62,249 bases of DNA, taken from Ministeria vibrans ATCC 50519. Its lineage: Eukaryota > Protista > Filasterea. How positions within the stretch are numbered: the stretch's first letter is position 1; each line of letters begins with the position of its first letter. A program made the position numbers and the translations under genes. The stretch spans positions 1 to 62,249 of the forward strand of contig CALSCP010001653.1 in the NCBI GenBank assembly GCA_943704425.1, written 5' to 3'. Below are positions 61,206-62,249 of the stretch, piece after piece. Below the pieces are notes generated by a model. That model saw only the letters and a program-made list of their open reading frames with translations, did not search any database and was not told where the DNA came from.

Positions 61206-62138
61206 TGAGCGACAAGATAGATGGACACAAGGAGGATGTTGAGGTGTCGTCGGATCCGATTCCGTGGAGCGACGAGCCGGAGAGAGAGAAGAAGGACTGG
61301 CCGATGGAAACGAGTGACTTTGGCGTGCTGCCACCGCGCCGCCGCCCGGCCGTCACCCTTGCCACTGGTGTGAAGGAGTGCTTGGAGGCGGAAGATCCCA
61401 CAGACATTCCCATTGAGAGTGTAAGGTTCACTGTAGTGCGATTGTGCTCGTTTTGCGTCAAATCCATCGCCACAGAGGTCGATGGAGCGGCAGAGTGACG
61501 GAGACAGATGGAGAGACGGAGAAATTGAGATGGAGAGCGAGAGAGAGCGAGAGAGAGAGACAGAGTCAGAGTCAGAGGAAAGAATATCGGAACTCATATT
61601 TATTTGTGGCTGTGATCTCTTAGGCTAAAGTTGTCATGCAATCGCATGTCCTTGCGAAATTCTCTCAAGTCGGAGCGGTTTTCGCCTACCCCTTAGCTCC
61701 CGTTTTTGGTAAGCGGCGGTTTTGAAACGAACACAATGGCACTGAAGGTTGACGTTTCGTCTGGTCTAGGGTATCTTATGTTGGGAAAGCGTTTGCCTCT
61801 TTCCAAGTTGGCGTTTCAAGCGCCCTTTGTACAAATATCGTTTGCAATCATTTCACTTGCAGTCTACGATATGAAGTGCATGAGTTGGATTTTGGAGGAT
61901 TATCAGTATAGAGCCCATGCACTCGTGAGAAACGTAAGGAGATAACTTGTTTTGTGATCGTTTGGCAACATAAGTTTGGTTTGTTTTAGGTGGAGCAAAC
62001 TCGAGTAGATGCGATTACCAAAGTGAGCACACTGGGCGGGTTTCTGGCGATGGGACTTGGAGTAGGGATCAAGGAGGGCACGCTGCGTGCAGGTGCGCGT
62101 GGGGCTCTGATGGGGATTCCCGCGGGCACTCTTGCCGG
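61206..62138 (+). CDS. DUF1757-like small membrane protein, spliced, 3'-partial
   Basis: Exons join to DIPIES|AKVVMQSHVLAKFSQVGAVF...YQYRAHALVRN|VEQTRVDAIT...GG...GA.MG..AG, resembling the DUF1757 pattern (DIP...HV..K..Q.G; R..RL..N..Q.RVD). Confidence 0.5.
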
Positions 62139-62161
62139 TATTGCATTGATTTTGTTTTGTT

Positions 62162-62163
<2 letters not shown>

Positions 62164-62247
<84 letters not shown>
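62164..62247. repeat. (GT)n microsatellite at the window end
   Basis: Direct read. Confidence 0.95.
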
Positions 62248-62248
<1 letters not shown>

Positions 62249-62249
62249 T

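Overview
A gene-dense (~21 genes) eukaryotic genomic window with GC-rich exons and short GT-AG introns, many filled with microsatellites. Myosin VI, an ependymin-related protein, a receptor kinase and CFAP47 together point to a flagellated unicellular holozoan-like protist (inference). Genes in order: Cdc7/SepA/Cdc15-like kinase, FAM72, 2OG-Fe(II) oxygenase, ependymin-like, nurim, XMAP215/CKAP5, ankyrin-TDP2-like EEP, small secreted Cys protein, Ska2-like, ABCA, DTW-domain, PqaA/AprA-like, myosin VI (motor missing), Kelch-EGF receptor TKL kinase, PL8 glycosaminoglycan lyase, aldehyde oxidase, BTB protein, CocE/NonD hydrolase, CFAP47, TBC1D9 and DUF1757-like. The most notable observations are: a 72-nt tRNA-mimic putative Pol III RNA (16889-16960, minus strand); an intronless secreted PL8 lyase of the same family as EroS next to a Kelch receptor kinase; an AprA-like gene; a zinc-ribbon extension on the aldehyde oxidase; and two sites where divergent genes both lack their 5' ends across microsatellites, probably assembly joins. 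All calls come from manual motif recognition and splice reconstruction; no searches were run.
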